From Coniocarpon cinnabarinum (Eukaryota), in the NCBI GenBank assembly GCA_051942205.1, contig JAVECO010000068.1, forward strand, positions 1-64,000: a stretch of DNA of 64,000 nucleotides, in the 5' to 3' direction. The number at the start of each line of letters is the position of its first letter. Position 1 is the stretch's first letter. Under the pieces are notes generated by a model, which saw only the letters and a program-made list of their open reading frames with translations, ran no database searches and had not been told where the DNA came from. A program made the translations under genes and the position numbers. Shown here in pieces: positions 59,911 to 64,000 of the stretch.

Positions 59911-62533
59911 TGCTGACAGAGTATGGCACGATGGAAAGTCAGATTGCCTCTGAGGAGCTTGTTCGCCGACAAACGTCAAACGGATCACACACTTGATCTA
60001 GGGACAAAGCCAGCATTAACCCTGTCAAGGATGACTAGATCACGAATATCGGCTACGCTCCGGCTCATTTAAGAGCCATGGGGTCAGCCATCCTAGCCGC
60101 TCATGCTACAGCAGGAGATGGCTGAGGCATCACGGCGGAGGCCCTTGTGAAGCATTGAGCGCTGAAGGGCGTCCTTTCAGATCAGTTCTGGGCAGAGCGG
60201 AGGGTGTTTGAGCGGAGTCAAGGCCGCCTGCCCAGAGATGAAGGCGGTGCATAGCCAAGCTCTCGTTGGAGGAGTGCGTGTGGGCCCGTTCATCATCCTC
60301 CAGGATGATGCCGACTGGAGGAGTGGAGGCTGGCCTGGCGGTGGATCCGGTGCTGCACGGCCTGCTGCACGCCTAAGACGCCCAGAACGTGTCTCTGCAG
60401 GCGGCTGGCCGAGAAGCAGATTGAAAGCATTGTCAGCCGCCGACGCCATCTGTCCAGAAGCAATCCGGTACCTGGATCGTCTAGTCGAACGGTGGTGGAC
60501 CGGTTTCCACCAAAATTAAGGTGATAGCAAGTCGGTCCACCGGACTTCGGATCGTCCGGGGTCAAGAAATATGGCACGTGCACCCTCAGCCAGACGTGTT
60601 TGTCAATCAATCCTTGGAGTCATTTCGATACACGGAGGAGTCTTCCCTCTTTCTTGCCGGTAGATGCAAGCACATGTATCTTAGCTTAGGAGCTATCTTG
60701 AACCTGCCTGGGCGGTGATGCACTACATTGATAGCTGTTCTGGCTGTCAACCTTCGCGGATGGTCCCATACCCTCCGTCACCCTTACAATCCAGCATTCT
60801 CATCTCTCATTCAGTTCAAACTGTATTGTCTTCTTTTGAGCCAGCGGCCTCGTATGCTCTGAACAGCTTGCAACCTGTGTTGTCTTCTCCTGAGCCCATC
60901 GCCCGAGTACAAAGACAACCAATCACTAATCATGACACCGCTGTCCCCTTCCTTCAATAGCAAAGCTCAGAAGCCTCAGAAAAACAAAGAGAAGAGCCGT
61001 CGAGCTCGAAAAAAATGCTCGATATGCATAACTCATTATCAACTTAATTCCAGTTCAGCATTCTCACCATGAAATCAATAGCAAAGCCCGTAACCACAGC
61101 ACCCATGATCATACCCGTGCGTTAACAGAACTCGAGTCCAAAAAAACGATATTTATGCAAATGCTCGCACATCTGCACCATCAATGTCGCCAAATCTTTG
61201 CACGCGCATACAACAAACCGACCAATAACGCAACGTCCCGGAATCAGACATGGAATGGACGAGGTTTGGTTGCATAAGTCATGGTGTAAAGAAGAAATCA
61301 ATCTAAAAGCACCTTGCATATACTTCTATCAGCAACATCCCGTGATTAGGTTGCTCGAGTAGAAGCATTCCCTATAATTACTTAGAAAACTGACGCCAGA
61401 GTTAAAAATCTTAATGAAGTCTTAAATTTTTAGGGGAATAATGTAACTTGCGCTGCGGCGTTTGCGCCACGATTTCTGATACCATTCCCTAGACCACGTG
61501 CAAATGCACGTCAATGATGGGCCACATGTCGCACGTGACTGCTCCTTTTCTAAAGTACGCAAGAGCTGCAGCTCAAATATCTAGAACGCTGTCAAAATTG
61601 CGCCTCTTTGCGCCACGTTCTCGCAGGAAAACGCACGTTGCATCCAGCATCGACCTCCTCGAAGCAACACCTGCTAAACACAAGTGCATCGAAAAGTATA
61701 GGACGTGGGGTACGGATCATTGGTCGCGCTATGTATCAATCACTTCATGGTTCCCGACTTCGATTGCCCTTCCCTTCGCGTTGCTTTTGGGTTTCACTGT
61801 AATCTCCTGGCACCGACAGACCTTTGCACATCTGCAAACTGCGTGTGAGCCTTTCGCCGTCACGATCGACGCCTGATATCACTCGATGATCCACTGTATT
61901 GCATGAGCAATTGGGTCCACGAGCCAGCGCTCGTCGCGGTCGCGCTGTAAGCATGCAGACGCCCTGCATTACCATCGACGCACGAAAGCCTTGTTGTACA
62001 TTCTTTTGTGACCTCAACGCGAGGGCCAGACTCCTTGAACCCGTATAGATATTAAGGGCGGCTGTTAGACCACGCTTAGAATCGATTGTTAATGATGACT
62101 TGCTTCGATCGATCCAGCTGGCCTGCGTAATGGCAGTGCGATGGTACGAGTGCTGGACTTTGCAGGGGTTCTCAGCTCAGGTTGCCCATTCAGTCGTAGT
62201 TCATACCATAGCTTCAACGTCTTTGGAAAAAGGTCGTCTTCATAAGGATCAAGGCCAACTACGTTCGTTACATCATTGAGAGCTGAATATTTGTGTAATG
62301 TGTGCAAGCACTTTTCAAGATGTGCAGGCAATCTGCACCTCTCATGTCTATACAGCACTAGCCGGAGCCCTTTCCTCTATCCATCCCAAGCGTCCCAGCT
62401 TTTGCAAGCTTCTCGCTGCAGCTGAAATTGCCAGTGAATCTTTGAGTTCTTTATTAGACTAGTCAAGGCCCTCTGAAGCAGCACCTATCCTTACCTCTTA
62501 TTCATCAGCATTGACGTCCCGAACCTTGCTGGT

Positions 62534-63544
62534 ATGGCTATTAAGCTACTGCCGGTTGAGCATGATGACTTCAACACCATGCGCCACTTTGTGCAAAGTC
62601 GAGATGGTCAGCTTAGTGACGTGACCAGCGATCATGCCATGCCTGTCCAAACAGATGAGCAAGCGGGTATTCGCAACGATTGGTACGTAGACACTTGCTT
62701 CACACGATACCAACCATGTCAAAGGGACCTCAACTCCGACACCACATCAGTGTGCGGCAAGAGAGCTTTGGAGCACAGTGCTTTGCATCTTTGCAGAGCA
62801 CTCGAACGCCAGACATCTTTCTCAGGCAACGAAGCTCAACTGCGCGGCACTACTAATAATACTCACCACAGGAGCCTCCAAGTCCAACAGGACATCTTCT
62901 CGAATGACAAAACGGTCCACTTCATCAAAGCCGTCGACACCGAGAATGGCGACATCCTCGCGATAGCGCACTGGCGCTTTTATCCACACGGTTACGTGCC
63001 TTCAGCCTTGGACTTTGCAGGCCTCAAGGATCGCAACGCCTCGGCTTCATATCCCGAGGGTCTCAACGTGGGCTTGTACAAGGCTATTCTGAGCGGCATG
63101 ATTGATCAGCGGCCTTTGTGGACGGGCAATGGCCCACAGTGGAGTATGCGACGGTCTCCTGTTTATCGGCTACTGACGTGTGACTTTGAGATCATGTATG
63201 CTAATGCGTTGGTGCTCCAGTTCTTACCAACATCAAGACTCGAGAGGCGGTGAGGAGGCGGGGCGCGGGTGGAGCGTTGGTGCAATGGGGTCAGGCGTGT
63301 CCGTCGTAGAGCTCGAAAGTCCATGCTTGCTAACCAGAATACAGGCATTGAAAGCGCACGAAGAGACGGATGCCCTGCGTTTCTGGAGGCAGATGCACCC
63401 GGCGTTTCGCTATATAAGAAGCAGGGGTTTGTAGAGGTAGGGGAGATCAAAGTCGATCTCCGGCCGCATGGTGTTGATCATGTACTCGTTCTCAAGAGGA
63501 TGGTCGCGAACCAGCGATCAGAGAATTCTGGCACGAAATCATAA
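62534..63544 (+). CDS. GNAT-family acetyltransferase (4 exons)
   Basis: FIKAVDTENGDILAIAHW, acetyl-CoA motif RRRGAGGALVQWG, and PAFLEA...GVSLYKKQGFVEVG. GT-AG introns give one in-frame product. Confidence 0.88.
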
Positions 63545-63730
63545 GCGCCAGTGGCATAAAGTCTCGTGCACCATTCTCCCAAAATCACGTCGTTATCAAA
63601 CATTAGGTGTTAATACAGCTGATGGTTTATGTAAAAGGCGTAACGTCGTAGTCTAACAGGTATCTTATCAAATGCTGTACATCAGCTCCTACATCCAAGC
63701 CGGAAGCTTTCTAATCTCGCCCCCAGACGG

Positions 63731-64000
63731 CTAATGTCCACTCCTGGGCCAATCCTGGTGATGATACGCAACATGGCTGGGTGACAGTCGGCCTCTTGCA
63801 TCCCTTGGTTTTGGACTCACACTTTGTGACCTCAGATCCGCGGCGAACGGCACTGACTGACGTACATGGACTGTCGGAAGCGCGGTAATACTGTGCTCCT
63901 CATCCTTCGGCGGCGGCGTTGGGGGCCTCGATGGCAAAGCCGTCGGTAGGGCGGATGGCCCAGGAGTTGTCAAAGCCGATGGGCCCGGCGAACCAACGAG
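63731..64000 (-). CDS. Pro/Ser-rich C-terminus of a gene extending beyond the window
   Basis: Open frame running to the window edge, ending ...RPPTPPPKDEE...WPRSGH* at 63731. Confidence 0.5.
   Translation of the reverse strand, partial: LVGSPGPSALTTPGPSALPTALPSRPPTPPPKDEEHSITALPTVHVRQSVPFAADLRSQSVSPKPRDARGRLSPSHVAYHHQDWPRSGH

Noticed and set aside
60177..62358. Scattered ORF fragments (F-box-like LLRVSK*LQGLIDKHVW, a 27-bp imperfect direct repeat at 60817/60871, a 9-bp stem at 60084-60125)
   Set aside because: These may be pseudogene debris, but stop density is near random and no family can be supported by eye.
1..64000. tRNA, rRNA, TPP riboswitch, CRISPR array, PKS/NRPS backbone gene
   Set aside because: No matching motifs or regularly spaced repeats were seen by eye. 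Small ncRNAs could have been missed without covariance-model searches.

Overview
Intron-containing DNA from a filamentous ascomycete (Pezizomycotina; class or genus cannot be fixed from sequence alone). Bases 1 to ~3,965 are an AT-rich block mutated by repeat-induced point mutation (RIP). It holds the 5' half of a minus-strand Ty3/Gypsy retrotransposon (LTR, gag zinc knuckle, protease, RT), an older and more mutated copy of the same LTR end, and a small inverted-repeat element. The rest is gene-dense and ~50% GC, with about 22 genes. Housekeeping genes: AP-1 gamma adaptin, TPT1, SEA4/MIOS, EFG1, an LMBR1-domain protein, TIM17, a PMU1-like phosphatase. Accessory or secreted functions: DUF3176 protein, PTH11-like membrane protein, several alpha/beta hydrolases, a Zn2Cys6 TF/MFS divergent pair, GH131, an ankyrin protein, a BYS1-like protein, an SDR, a GNAT. 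Most notable: (i) a head-to-head GH78 alpha-L-rhamnosidase / GH28 RgxB-like pair sharing a 490-bp intergenic region with one central CGG-N11-CCG (RhaR-type) site and five CreA-type sites; (ii) an in-frame, stop-free GC-AG intron that splits the catalytic Asp-Asp of that GH28; (iii) a +1 frameshift in a G8 run just before the catalytic serine of an otherwise intact carboxylesterase. I found no convincing wholly new multi-gene system. Family calls come from motif recognition by eye, with no database searches, and exon boundaries were read manually.
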